Of a stretch of DNA of 64,000 nt, positions 1-12,965 are shown piece by piece. The notes beneath the pieces are model-generated. The model was given only the letters and a program-made list of their open reading frames with translations. It was not told the origin of the DNA and made no database searches. Source of the DNA: Podarcis erhardii (Eukaryota); the NCBI GenBank assembly GCA_964252035.1, contig OZ176211.1; one strand, given 5' to 3'. The position numbers and the translations under genes were made by a program. Positions within the stretch are counted from its first letter, which is position 1. Each line of letters starts with the position of its first letter.

Positions 1-630
1 AAATCAAAATTCTCAGATCTTTAAACAGTCCCTTATGAAATTGGGCTGGCCAGCTCCATTTTTAAAAAGAACTGCCGCTTAATTATATTTGTTTAAAGAA
101 TCCTTTCTGCCACTCACATATTAGACAGCAACCCTCATACTCAATCATTTAATTTCAGCAAGTACTCATACATACATGGTAAGGATGTATGTTTAGAACT
201 ACATCTTGTATTTTGGACAATACTTGTCAAAACTTGATTGTTTTATACCTAAACATTAAAGACAGCAATTCTCATATACAATAAGTTCATTTCATCTATC
301 TATCTAGATATCTAGAAATACGGTACACATCCACAAAATATAAGAATCCATATTTAGAATTACGTCTTGTTCTTTGGACAATGCCTTTTGATAACTTACT
401 TTTAATAAACTTGAACATTAAGGCAAGTAGTATTACTGTTGTCTACAGATTTCTCATTTGACTGAAATATGCTTCTTCTACCCTTTTTTTGTTGAACTAC
501 ATCTGACTTTTATCATCAGCATCCACCAAAGGGATTTTTTTTTAAATGTTATTCTCAACTTTGATGGTTTAATCCCTTACTTTTAGAAATCACTGTGATT
601 TAAAACATTATACTGTTTTTATAGACACTC

Positions 631-942
631 TTTTTAAAATGTATTTTTATTAAAGATTTCCTTGATTTACAAAAGTATGTGCAATGTCTCTCTCTCGTAT
701 TTTTTGCATGTAACATTTTTGCAAATCATTTTCATTTGTTGAGACATTAGGAAGAAAAGGGGGAAAGGGGTGGAGGGGGGGAAGATGGGTGGGGGTGGGG
801 TCGGGTGGCGATGTTTCTATTTTACTTAATATATGTAGGGTTTGGTGTCAGCGTTGCTTATGCAGGTTCTCTGCTGTTTGGTGGTGAGAGAGGTTGGGGT
901 TGGCCTAGGGTGTGGTTGTTCATTTGTGGTTGGTTGTGGTGG
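631..942 (-). mobile_element. 5'-truncated non-LTR retrotransposon 3' UTR (L1-like, family uncertain)
   Basis: The minus strand ends in AATAAA plus an A-rich tail. Flanked by a 14-bp TSD with one mismatch: ttttatagacactc (617-630) / ttttatacacactc (943-956). Contains a G-rich tract. Confidence 0.75.
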
Positions 943-2930
943 TTTTATACACACTCTTATGGGTTGTTACAGTTCCATGGATAATATGGAAAATGCTTCC
1001 ACCATGAGCATGATCAACACCATTCTCTCACCCACAGAATCTCTATGCTGATTTTTATCAGTACAGAATTTGGCCTGGAGTTGCAAATCTCATTCCTATA
1101 GATTTTATATACTTCTGTCTTTGCTCCCCCCCCCCAACCCCACCATCAGCCTGGCACTGCAAAACACAATGAAATACAGTAGATTCCACTGATTTTAATA
1201 GAACTTGCCTCCATAGATTCGGGTTTAGGATCACAACTTTGCAACACAGTCAATGGGACTTACTTTAATTGTTTAGGACTGGAGTGCCCTCCTTGCAGAT
1301 CCAGCAACAAGAGGAGATCCCCTAATGTACAAAATAGCTAAAGACTTCAATGCCCGTAGACAAGATTTATCCAGTTCATGTTTCCCAACATGTTTTGAAT
1401 TCTGAGTTCATCAGAAGAAAAACTTATCATGAAAATAAACTGTATAATTGCTAGAAAGTTTAGCAACTTTGTGGTGCAGTTCTTCACTGAATAAGTCTTC
1501 TGTATATCCATATATGTCTTTTGCTCTTTTGGCTACTCTTATCCAGCCATAATTTCTTAATGTATTTAAAAAAAGGAAAAGGAAAAGGAAATGCCAGGTT
1601 GTTATGGAGCCAATTTAATAGTTAATATTTAGATTTCCATTTACAAACCACGACTGACGCATTTACTGATTTTGGAAATTGTGTTATTAGTCAGTCAGGG
1701 AGCTGTGAATGGCACTCTCCAATGACTGCCATTCAAGTGCCAGTCTCAGCCTTTTGCTTCCTTATTGCGGTGACCGTCTGTTGCACCTTCCTTCCCGCTG
1801 CTCAGGCTCAAAAATTAGATTGGACACAATGGTTTTCTAAAGGTAGCCATTGCACTGAACTAACTCTGGTCCTTCTAGAAAATTTGACTCTTTGTGGACT
1901 CCCTGCATATCTTGCTAATATTATTCATGCTCATTTTAGACCCATTTAGCCATGTCACAAGTTGTTTGATGTGCTTTGAAACTGATGGCCAAGAAGAGCT
2001 GCTGCTGGCAGAGATCGCTTGGGCTCCAACGACCTGAATGGAGTTCTGCTATTTTACACTAGAGCTGGCCAAGGAAGCCCACTCGAGTCCTCGCTATAGT
2101 TCTGCTTTGTCATCTCACCAGCCTAGTGTTCCTGGAGCTTTTCATCTTAAAGCTTTGCCCTGCACTCCCCCCACCTCCCCGTCACTGGCCTGCTTTTATG
2201 CCACTACAGTTTGCCGGAACATTTGTTCATACTCAATAGCCAAACATTAAGGAATGCTGAGATTCTTTCCTTCTTGTCAGGACAATTGTTTAGACTGTTC
2301 GCCACTTAACGCTCTGATGATCTCTCTCTCACTCTCCCTCTCCTCTCTGTGCTGCCTATAATTCCTCCTTTCCCCTCTTAGCCCTTCAACTCTTCCTCAT
2401 TGGCTGAGTCACCCACCAACTCCCTCTTTTGACTTAGTCTTTGGTGAGACTATCCTCTGCATTTCCTGCAGTTTTCTTGCCATTTGGTGTGTGTGTGTGT
2501 TTCCCCCCTTGTCGTTTTTCTGCTTGGTGGTGTTTGGAGCATTGCCGTCGAGAGCTGGTGTCGTACTATGGGTTACCTCATTATTCCAGTCCTCCTGGAC
2601 TTCTATTTTATTTCATCTCAGCATTGGCACCATATGGCAGCTATGGTAACTGAATATATCACTGTATTCACTTTCTGGTTCTGGTGTGAATTGCTGAAGG
2701 GCTCCACTCCCTGGCCTGGAAAAAAATGTAGCTGTAGCTTATGTAAGAGGAGCCAAGCCAGAACTATGGAGAGACTAAATTCACACTTGCATTTTATTTC
2801 TCAGACACATAATATGGAAACCCAAGAAACAAATCCATTTCCCAAGAATTCTGAGAGCACATACCAAGAAATGGAGGCCTGGTAATGAAATAAAAAATGA
2901 ACCCCACTATGCCTGCATGCCTATCTGTTG

Positions 2931-2956
2931 ATCTATCTATCACCTATCTATCTATC

Positions 2957-3006
<50 letters not shown>
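2931..3006. repeat. (ATCT)n tetranucleotide microsatellite
   Basis: Direct inspection. Confidence 0.97.
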
Positions 3007-3849
3007 ATCATAATCTATCATACTTTATTGACTTTGAACTCAACATTTGTTGTTGGAAAAGCTATGTTCTATAAATCTCATGGCCTACCTAAGTCAACTC
3101 ACATTCTTATAATAAATAGAATCCCTTATTCTACATCTCTGCTATCATAACAGATAAGGCATTTTGCTAACATAGGGGAGCTGTGAAGTGCCAATGTGGA
3201 TGTGAGGTGGATTAATTTCAGAGTGTTTGTCCTTACTTATACAGAGACAGAGATGCCCAAGTTGTTTCTACCATATGGAAGATCACACACACCACCTCTT
3301 GTATTTGATCACAGGTCATAGTATCACACTTAACAGAAATTAAAATGTTGTACACACCAGACTCATGGTGATCAGGTTTTCGAACTGTTACAAGTTCTGA
3401 TGGCCTGTGGAGTATGTGCCTTGTGGCAAAATGGTGCATTTGGAACCAGTTTTCTTTCAAGCCTTGCAGTCATGCAGAAAGATGTCACCAGCTATTTTCA
3501 AATAAATCTCTTAGGCTGCAGTCATATTGCAGACTTATTGAAGAGTAAGTCCCCACTGCTTATATGGGAATAGACATTGGTTTTTTACTTGAGGGAATAT
3601 GAAACCACATCACTCTCAGGGGATCATGCTATTCATCAGCTGGACGCCCTATCTTTTGAAATTTTAAAGATTTTTTTAAAAAGAAAAAAGAGCATGAAAC
3701 CCTTGGACCCTTTTTATGATTTAAGAAATGTGTGTTTCTATGTTTTTAAATGATTTTCCATTAAAAAAATCTACCCAGAAATGGGAAAATACATTTGTAT
3801 TCCCATGTTCACATGGATCTGGAATGGACTGGACTTTGATGGGTCCATC

Positions 3850-4283
3850 CATACCTAGTCTGGGTCCTAACCCTTTCCCCACCTCTACAATATCCTTTTT
3901 TGACGTATGGCACCCAGAACGGCCCACTATATTCCAAGTGCAGTTGCACCATATACAGTATTTGTGTCATGACATGATATTGGCAGTTTTATTTTCATTC
4001 CCCTTCCCAGTGATCCCCAACATGGGGTTCAGTATTCCTCCCCCCACAACTGCACTCCTGCCCCAGAGTCAACATTTTCACTGAGCTATATACTGAGACC
4101 CCAAGATCTATTTCCTGGTCAGTCCACGCGAAGCGAATAATTCTTATTTTTGCACCAATGCTTATGTTGACTTAAATTTGCTGTTTTAATGCCCCTTCAC
4201 TTAGTTTTGAGAGATACCTTTAGAATTCTTCAGCATTCCTTTTTGTTTTTAACCACCCTGAACAATTCGGTGTCATCAAGCAC
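3850..4283 (-). mobile_element. Decayed CR1 LINE ORF2 (RT) fragment
   Basis: Resembles the reverse complement of CR1 RT. The minus strand reads ...GAT GAC ACC GAA TTG (ADDTKL-like) near 4265-4280. Multiple disablements. Confidence 0.65.
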
Positions 4284-5179
4284 CCTCAGCTCCCCAGAGG
4301 AAGGACAAAATGCAAATAATGTTCATTTCAACAAGTGCAGCCTGCCAAGACCTTACTATCTTCACAGCTCTAGACATTGCAGAAGCACTGCAGCTGAGAG
4401 ATGTGCTAATTTCACTGTCTATGGAGCTACACTATCCATGAAACTCCACTGACTGTGGACTTCTTCGTCCTCAGTGAAGGGCTGGGCCAATGATCGTCTA
4501 CAACAAAATTTGTCTAGAGATCCAGATAGCCTATATCTATGTAGCTCCATTTATTGCAAATAAATGGGGAAAGGGACATTGAAGTTGCATATTGCTCACT
4601 TCAAATTAATACCCTGTTTGTCATTATGGCAATAAAGTTTCATTTAGGACAAAAAGCAAATCGAAGCTTAGAAGCTGAGAAATGCACAAGGCCTGGGAAG
4701 CTGCTTATTTAATTTTCATCCAAGTGTTATGGCACCACCAGGCAATTCTGGCTGTAGCAGACTTTAGGTCCATTTTCCCCCAAGGCAGAACATATCAGTG
4801 AATACAGAGCTGAAGGCTGAAGTCAGACTGAATGCAGAGTTCTTGTGGCTTATTCTCCGTCTCAGAGTTCACTGACAGATGTTGCAAGAAGTCTAAACAG
4901 CCTATCGCATTAACACTGCGCTCAAATGCTCTCTGTCCTGCAGGGACAGGTGTATATCTTGACATCCAATATGGGCCACTGCACCTTCAAGGCATTCCAT
5001 GAAGGGCAAGCATGGATCTATAGAGTATTCAATTATAGGAAAAGACTTTCTCCAGGCTGCGAGCCCAAATGAATCTTGCGGTTTAGTTTGTATGAGGAGC
5101 TGCTAGGGGCAGAACTGGAAAACCGCACCTCTGTGGGTAGCTGCTCAGAGCTACTGTTTAGAGCAGAAGGCTCATCAAT

Positions 5180-5283
5180 ATGGTGCCCTCTGGATGTTGT
5201 TGGACTACAACTGTCACCAGTGGCCTCCAACCATGGCTAATGATTAGGGATGTTAGAGTTTAGCAACATTTGAAGGGCTACAG
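5180..5283. mobile_element. Palindromic MITE-like repeat of the 'ccagatgttgttggactacaactcccat...atgggagttgtagtcc' family
   Basis: Shares the internal inverted motif with copies at 6805-6961, ~10395-10450, ~26450-26540, 56781-57353, ~58475-58545, 59045-59182 and ~60890-60990. Confidence 0.6.
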
Positions 5284-5867
5284 ACAGACGCGTACCTAGA
5301 GTCCCTTACACCCTTGGCAAGAAGCTGTATTGGTGCCGTCCCGAAAAAATCACTTTACCAAAGTGAGAGAAGGACAGCAAGCTTCTCCCACATTTGATCT
5401 TGCCACAACATCAACAGCACATCACCACACACATATACATTCCATAGTCTGAAAAGTGATTTTTTGGGGGCGGGGGGGGGCCCGGAAGCCTCCTCCCCCA
5501 ATGGAGGTCGATTTTGCCAACCCCTAGCTACACCTCTGGCGACAGGTTTCCCCTTCCTAGATTATATATTTATGTTCGAGTTGATGTGGCCACCTATTGG
5601 CAGCCATATGAACTGCAACATGATAACATACAATGTTAATGTATATAGGAAGATAGATGTTTCACCTACCTTTCTGGTTAAATCACAATTTATAATATCT
5701 GGTGAAGCTGTTGCTTAGCCATTTCATTTCAGAGCCATGCAATTTAAAGTTTTCTACAACTCCTTAGTCGTTACATGTTGATATAACAGGTCATCTCATT
5801 TCAAGATGGGCGTCAAAGATTTTTGTTTTGTTTTGATGCTTTTTATTGTTACAGTGAGGGGTTTATC

Positions 5868-5990
5868 TCATGTATCTGAAGAAGTGTGCATGCACACGAA
5901 AGCTCATACCTAGAACTAACTCAGTTGGTCTTTAAGGTGCTACTGGAAGGAATTTTTTTATTTTGTTTTGAGTGAGGGGTTTGTTTGTTT
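5868..5990 (+). mobile_element. Penelope-like element terminal fragment
   Basis: ctgaagaagtgtgcatgcacacgaaagctcatacc...ggtctttaaggtgctactgg resembles reptile Penelope pseudo-LTR ends. Recall only. Confidence 0.5.
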
Positions 5991-6636
5991 GTTTGTTTTG
6001 ATCCAGCTTTAGTTTTTCGATCTTCTTCGACAGCCAAGCCAAGATACTCAAAAACATATTGTTAGTTCTATTCATAGCCATCCTGCTACCAGAGACTGGG
6101 CTCTGTCGAGATCCTAGCCATGCTCAGTGCTAAGGTTTATTTGCATTTGTGCTTTTTTCAGTCAAAAGGACATGGGAAGAAAGACAAGTCTGACCTGTAG
6201 CAGATATGTACCTCTTCTGGCACAGTTCTCTGCAAAAACTCAGAATTTTCCTGCCCCCATACACACATACACATACATTCACACCTTATAAACACTCGAG
6301 GGAAGCAGGAGAAAGGTAAAAAAAAAAATGAACAAACCTCATTGTGTTTGGCAGGATGTTATAGACATTCAGATTGCCAGATTACAACCATTTCACAATA
6401 GCTATAAAAGATCACTGTTAGAATGATTCCAAAATCCATACTATGGCATTATCCTTATTAGACCAATCAAGATATCACAAAATAATGAGCAAGCTTTCCA
6501 CCATCTTCAGAACCCTCCAGCAGACTGGGTGTCAAACAAAATAGAGAGTTAGAAGAGAGAGGCAAAACATAAAGTCTGCCACGAGGTCTGCATTCCTATC
6601 AGTTGTAAAATGGAGTGTGTAAAAAGGCAGCAGACA

Positions 6637-6783
6637 CAGTGGCGTAGCGTGGGGGGTGCGGGGGGGGCCAGCTGCACCAGGCGCAACATCTGGGGGTTAG
6701 GGTTAGGGGGCGCAAATCCACGGGTTAGGGGGTGCAAATTACTTGCCTTGCCCCGGGTGCTGACAACCCACGCTACGCCACTG
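6637..6783. mobile_element. hAT MITE (147 bp) with internal TTAGGG repeats
   Basis: Perfect 17-bp TIR CAGTGGCGTAGCGTGGG/CCCACGCTACGCCACTG. Perfect 8-bp TSD AGCAGACA (6629-6636, 6784-6791). Confidence 0.95.
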
Positions 6784-6804
6784 AGCAGACATAATAGATT
6801 ATGC

Positions 6805-6961
6805 CAGCGGTAGTCAAGGTGGTGCCTTCCAGATGTTGATGGACTATAAATCCCATCATCCCTGACCATTGGCCATGCTGGCTATGGCTGGTGGGAGTTG
6901 CAGTAGAACCACGTCCAAGTTGTAGTAGGACCACATCCAGAGGTTACACCATTGACCAGCT
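6805..6961. mobile_element. Palindromic hAT-like MITE
   Basis: Internal inverted repeat ccagatgttgatggactat...gggagttgcagt; degenerate TIRs. Confidence 0.65.
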
Positions 6962-7922
6962 CTAGATTAGGTTATACCTTGAGATACTGGGATAAAGAAA
7001 CACACAGTGGCTGATTCTCCAGGTCTCTAGATCTTTCTCCAGCCTTAACTGAAACAGGTTCCTTGCAGTAAAGGTGCTTTGTATAGCTTGTTTTCTTTGA
7101 ATTATTACATTACAAGCGGGACCTTACTCTGCATCTAGAACATATTCAAAACATTAGCCACGAGCTACATCTATCTACATCTGTCCTGTAGTTATTTGAG
7201 ACATGCTACATGTTGGTGCATAACCCCGCCAACCAGCTTCAAGGTGATTTGAAGGCATATTAAGACATCCATGCTCACTCTTTGCATGCTAAATTGTACC
7301 ACAGGAATGGCTGGAATTCCTCTTTGTAGTCGTGCACAGCTTTACTTGGGAGTAAACTCAACTGAACACAGTGAGATGTATTTACAAGGGTTCATGTGTA
7401 GGATCAGTTGCAGGACCAAAATACCAATGATATCATATGTATACAATAGGGGCTTCTCTGTTCATTCATTTATTTCCATGAATGGCACAAGAGCGACAGG
7501 CTGCTCTGTAGCCATGATCTGGCTGCTCTATTCGGAAACGTGCTAGCAAAAGAACTCCCATTTAAATCATGTTGGTAGAAAAGCATCCGAATGAGGTTTG
7601 CTCTGCATCGCACCTCTCAACCCCTGAACTCTAAAAATGAAGGGCAAATCTTCTGAATGGCGGACAATCACAGACAAAACACCATGAAATGAGGGACACA
7701 ATGAGAGACATCAAAGTTTCTCCAAACAATGAAAGAAAGCAAAACTTTGTGATGAGCTAGATGGCGATCCTTAGAGTAGGAGAGAGCTCCACTGATGGTT
7801 TATGGAGCAAGGAATGTCTGCTTTATGGGAGAACACAGATATGAGGGCTGAAGCCTTTCATAGATTTGTTAGATTAATTGGCTACAATTTTAACTGGTAA
7901 ATTGCTGAGGCTGATGGGCATA

Positions 7923-8137
7923 CAGTGGTACCTCGGGTTACATATGCTTCAGGTTACAGACTCCGCTAACCCAGAAATATTGCTTCAGGTTAAGAACTTT
8001 GCTTCAGGATGAGAACAGAAATTGTGCTCCGGCAGCGTGGCAGCAGCAGGAGGCTAAAGTGGTGCTTCAGGTAAAGAACAGTTTCAGGTTAAGTACGGAC
8101 CTCCAGAACGAATTAAGTACTTAACCCGAGTACTTGT
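7923..8137. mobile_element. Tc1/mariner (Tigger/pogo-like) MITE
   Basis: TA|CAGTGGTACCTCGGGTTA left end; right TIR degenerate. Same family as 10942, 39417 and 52985. Confidence 0.85.
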
Positions 8138-8194
8138 ATTTGTTTTTGAAGTTTTTTGAGCCTGGGTATTACTATCATGAGGCATTAGAAGTGA

Positions 8195-8231
8195 ATCTGG
8201 CTTCGGCTGGGGAGGGCGGGATATAAATAAA

Positions 8232-8278
<47 letters not shown>
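8195..8278 (+). mobile_element. L2-type 3' tail with (ATT)n microsatellite
   Basis: gggagggcgggatataaataaa followed by (TTA)n, resembling the L2 tails at 12966 and 37953. Confidence 0.6.
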
Positions 8279-8280
<2 letters not shown>

Positions 8281-9362
8281 CCTAAGCTCACTATGCCCCA
8301 TTGAATTTTGTGGGGCCTACTTCTGAGTACTTAAGAGTGTGCATGCCATGCACAGGAGCTATCTCATACGTTCACACCACTCTAAAGTACCAAGTGAATT
8401 TGCCTTATGTTTTCTAGTCAGGCTGAAGCTGGTTTGAGAAAAAACTGCATCAAACGCCAGAAGTTGTAAAGGAACTACAGGATTGTTATGGTTTGCATCA
8501 GACGTCGTGTGAATGTGGCTGCGAAAACTACCAGTGGGAATGCACTAGATGTGGAGCAATGTGGACATGCTCTAGGTCATCTACTGACCAGACAAAAGGC
8601 CTGCCAGAATGTATTTTTTTAAAAAAATTCAGCAAGCAGTGAAATGCCATTAGGAAGGAGGGGGTCTGATGGATCTCTTTGTTCAATCAATCAATGAACT
8701 GATTCACGAGTTGATAACTGGACAGTAAACAAACTGAATTAATTAACCAGTTAATCAGTTAAAAAAACGAGACAGTTAATCAACGGGGGTGGGGAGCTTA
8801 AATCTGTTGGCATTGCAAACAGCAACCCACCTATAGGACAGGAAGGAAATATTAAATGAAAACACACACACACCAGAGTATTTGCATATTTCTCTCCAGG
8901 GAAGTCACTATTTGTACCACTGTGGAGAGACAGAGGGATTGGTGGAGGCAGGTTAAATCCAGGAGCATAAGAGAAGGCAGATTTTTGCCCATGCAAGGCT
9001 CCAAGGCCTTTTCTTCTGGCGCATTTATAACCTATGAATTTGACAGTAAGGTAGTGAAATGTGTAGCTTACCGTATTTAAGCTTTAATATTAAACACAGC
9101 TAGCTTCAGGCACATAGGACTTGGGGGCTAACACAGGGCTTCCTGCTGGTCCCCTTCCATGCATCAATTTAAACGTAAAAAGAAAAAAAAATCTCTCAAG
9201 CTCAGTTCCTTTTGTTACGCGATGCTTTGTCTGAGGCTAACAGGATAACTGTGATGTTGTTCCTCAGGGATCCTTATTGACGGAGCCAAACGCAGGGCAG
9301 CACCGCTCAAGGGCATTGCAACATTCAGGTTGGAAACCACATCCCACATACCAAGGACAAAT

Positions 9363-9365
<3 letters not shown>

Positions 9366-9402
<37 letters not shown>
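9366..9402. repeat. (CA)n microsatellite
   Basis: Direct inspection. Confidence 0.97.
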
Positions 9403-9404
<2 letters not shown>

Positions 9405-9734
9405 CAGACCCTCCCCCAAATGTCAACCAAGCCTTGTCTTGCCATTGTCTGTGTTTTTCGTCTTTCTAGGTCGCAGTCCCGTGCACAGTTTGGCGGCTTG
9501 AATCCCACAGAAGTAAAATGGGATCTAAGAAGCCTTAGAGGAAGCAGGATCACAACTGCAGTCTTCTAAGAAAATGGTAACAGCAACCACGTGTCACAAT
9601 GCCAGCTTGTCAAACATCCTGGACAGTGCAAAAATAGTGGTTCATCTAGCAAAGGGTTGGAGCAGCTTCTTTTAGGTTAAGCTCCCCTTGGACATGCCCT
9701 TAGTATGACTGCCTTATTCTCTTACGCTCTGGAG

Positions 9735-9919
9735 CAGTGTTTCCCAATTAGCTAAGTACTGTGGACCCCCTATATTTCAAAAGCCAAGCCATGGACCCCC
9801 TACTTTTGAATTTTTTGATAGCTCTATGGTAGTTTTTGTTATGTGAATGGTGCCATGGACCCCCTGGGTGGGTTACACAGACTCCCCGGGGTCTGTGGAC
9901 CACCAATTAGGAACCACTG
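9735..9919. mobile_element. hAT-Charlie-like MITE
   Basis: TIR CAGTGTTTCCCAA / TTAGGAACCACTG. Flanks ctctggag and ctccagag each differ by one base from CTCTAGAG, the Charlie-type NTCTAGAN target. Confidence 0.8.
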
Positions 9920-9975
9920 CTCCAGAGTCTTAAGTGGTGAGATGATGTGCAAGACTGAGATCTATGCTCTTTCTT

Positions 9976-10006
<31 letters not shown>

Positions 10007-10941
10007 CTTTTCTTGAATTTATATCCGACCTGTCACTATGAACAGCCTCAGCAACAGCTTTCAGCAACAAAACTAATGAGAGAGAATTTTACACAGCCAC
10101 AAAGACAACAGAAGTAGCAGATAAAAGTTAAAAAACAACCATCCAAAGTATCTCAGGCACCTGTGAAAACCTGGGAAGGGAGGAAAGACCTTGCCTGGTG
10201 CCTGGAAGAGATGCTTCCAGGTAGACATATCTGGGATGTTTCCTCATTTGGGGGCCAGCACAGAAAGCACTCGGTTCCCACTATTGGACTTCAGAAGAGA
10301 GGGGCAGCTTGGAAGGGCTTCTGCAGAAGATCTTCATTGACTGGTAGATTTAGTGGATATTGGTATTGGATGTAACACCCGTAAAGCTCAATATCCATTT
10401 TGATGGGAGCTGTAGTCCAACAATATATGGAAAGCCACAAGTTCCCCATCACTGCCCTAAAGACTGCGAAGATAGGCTTGGAACCAGGTGGGAAATACCT
10501 GGTAAAACCTTGGGAGCCAGACACCAGGTTGATCAGTTTTCCCCCTATGAACGTAAGAAGTGGCTGTATCCCGAGTTATGCCACTGGTTCATCTATGTCC
10601 TGCTGTCTGAACTGACTGGGATAAACTCCTCAAGGCCTCAGGTGGAGTTATTATATTAACAACAACAACAACAAGTTGTAGTAACAGTAATAGTAGTAAT
10701 ATTGGGGTGGAATGGGGAATGTCAACAGGCCACCATATGAGGCCAAGGTCAGAGTAAACACAATGAAGAATCCTGTAAGTTTTGTGGTCCAGCCGTTCAT
10801 AGGATGGAGCTCACTTTATCAGATGCATGAAGATTTTGGACATATGCAAGGATTCATAGGGAAGGTAACTCAAGTCCCTCTTTGCTCCCAGTACCAATAA
10901 ATGTCACAACCATGATAATCTGAGCAGAAGCCAGGAATTAC

Positions 10942-11178
10942 GTACCTCTGGTTATGTACTTAATTCGTTCCGGAGGTCCGTTCTTAACCTGAAACTGTTC
11001 TAAACCTGAAGCACCACTTTAGCTAATGGGGCCTCCTGCTGCTGCTCCGCCGCCGCCACACAATTTCTGTTCTCATCCTGAAGCAAAGTTCTTAACCCGA
11101 GGTAATATTTCTGGGTTAGCGGAGTCTGTAACCTGAAGCGTATGTAACCTGAAGCGTATGTAACTCGAGGTACCACTG
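10942..11178. mobile_element. Tc1/mariner (Tigger-like) MITE, opposite orientation to 7923
   Basis: Right TIR ...CGAGGTACCACTG|TA; internal sequence is the reverse complement of the 7923 and 39417 copies. Confidence 0.85.
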
Positions 11179-11759
11179 TACTGTTATGCTGAAGGCACAG
11201 AGGAGAAATTGTGCACGATCACCCTTGGTTATTTTGCCTGGCTTCACTTCTCTTTCTCAGCTAGGCCCAAAAAGTATCCTGAGAACAAAGTGCCTATTAT
11301 TACCTGTCTAAATACAGCACATGAGTTCTCAGTATTGTGGTTCACCTGATTTATTTGGCCTTTGCTGCAGACCTAAGCTGCAGCCCCTCATAGTGGCTTT
11401 ATAGCTTGTGCGATGGGCACACTGGTGCGAGCTCACTGCTGGTCAATGGGTAAGAGAAGACAGCCAGCCCAAGACTACTTGGGACCTGAGGCAAAAGACC
11501 ATGTATTTCTTGCCCCTCTTCCTTCTACACTGACAACAACACATGCACATTGTCTGCTGGAGAGCATGCCTTGGTATGGTGGCTTCTCTGTCTGCTCGCA
11601 CTCAGTCAGGGACTTTTCCCATTGGCACTTCCTGTGTTGGAAGAAGGCAATTAGTTGAGACAGCTTGGCCTTTTGCCATTGGGGCATCAGATCAGCAAGT
11701 GTGGGAGCTCAGGGGGAATGGGCAGCAATTGTGTGTGAGAGAGAGAATAATTAGAAATA

Positions 11760-12104
11760 CATACCCTCCAATATTTCTCCGATGAAAATAGGGATGTCCC
11801 ATGCCATAATGATAATTTTGTTTTTTATACCTCACCCAACTTACTGGGTTGCCCCAGCCACTCAGGGCAGCTTCCAACACATATAAAAACATAATAAAAT
11901 ATTATTAAACAGTAAAAAAGCTTCCCTATACAGGATTGCCTCAGATGGCTCGGGGGTCGGATAACTCCATACCGTCCAACATTTCTCTGATGAAAACAGG
12001 GACACCCTAAGGAAAAGTGGGGCATTCTGGGATCAAATCAGAAACCGGGACAGCTTCTCTAAGTCAGGGATATCCCTGGAAAATAGGGACACTTGGAGGG
12101 TCTG
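11760..12104 (-). mobile_element. Composite TIR element carrying an L2 3' tail (copy 1)
   Basis: Ends CATACCCTCCAA / TTGGAGGGTCTG. Perfect 6-bp TSD GAAATA (11754-11759, 12105-12110). Internal L2-tail-like segment. Confidence 0.85.
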
Positions 12105-12497
12105 GAAATAGCTCTGGCAGGACAGTCATCTCTACCCAGAATCTTCAGCCTGAAGTAGTTGCCTCATTCTACCTAATGGTAGGGTTCGGCCTGGATGGAA
12201 CAAGCCAGAAGAGCTAGTTGTGTGCTTACTTTCGAAGATGAAGAAGATGCAATGCTGAACTGAATAGTAAGTTTTACTTTTGGTCTCGAAACTCGTGAGT
12301 TTCAGAAAATCCACCTGAAAATGTATTATATGGAAATATTCATTTTAAAAAAAAACAAAAACCTGCTCAGGAACACCATTGTTTCCCCCAGCTGTTGCTT
12401 CTTTGGCACCATTTTCTTACATGGGTATAATCTTAGTCAGGAAATCTCAGAGTGAAATGACAACACCATATATAAGATGGCATCAACAGTAGTCTCT

Positions 12498-12840
12498 TAG
12501 ACCCTTCAAGTGTCCCTATTTTCCAGTGACAGTCCCAGAAGCCGTCCCAGTTTCTGATTTCTGATCCCAGAATGTCCCTCTTTTTCTTATGACGTCTGTA
12601 ATTTCATCAGAGAAATGTTGCAGGGTATGGTGTTATGGAACCCCCAAGCCAAGGAGGTAAGTAACTATACAACCTTTAGAAGACATCTGAAGGCAGCCCT
12701 GTTGGAGGGTATGGAGTTATCTGACCCCTGAGCTGTCTGAAGGCAATCCTGTACAGGGCAATTTAAAAAACATATATTGTTTTATTATGTTTTTATATAT
12801 GCTGGAAGCCACACAGTCAGATGGGCTGGATATAAATAAA

Positions 12841-12883
<43 letters not shown>

Positions 12884-12925
12884 TAGGACATACTTATTTT
12901 CATCTGAGAAATGTTGGAGGGAATA
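12498..12925 (+). mobile_element. Composite TIR element carrying an L2 3' tail (copy 2, internal duplication and long (AAT)n)
   Basis: Same architecture as copy 1. Flanks gtctct / atctct match 5 of 6. Confidence 0.8.
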
Positions 12926-12965
12926 ATCTCTCTCTCTTTTTCTACACCCGCCCCCCCCCCGGCTA

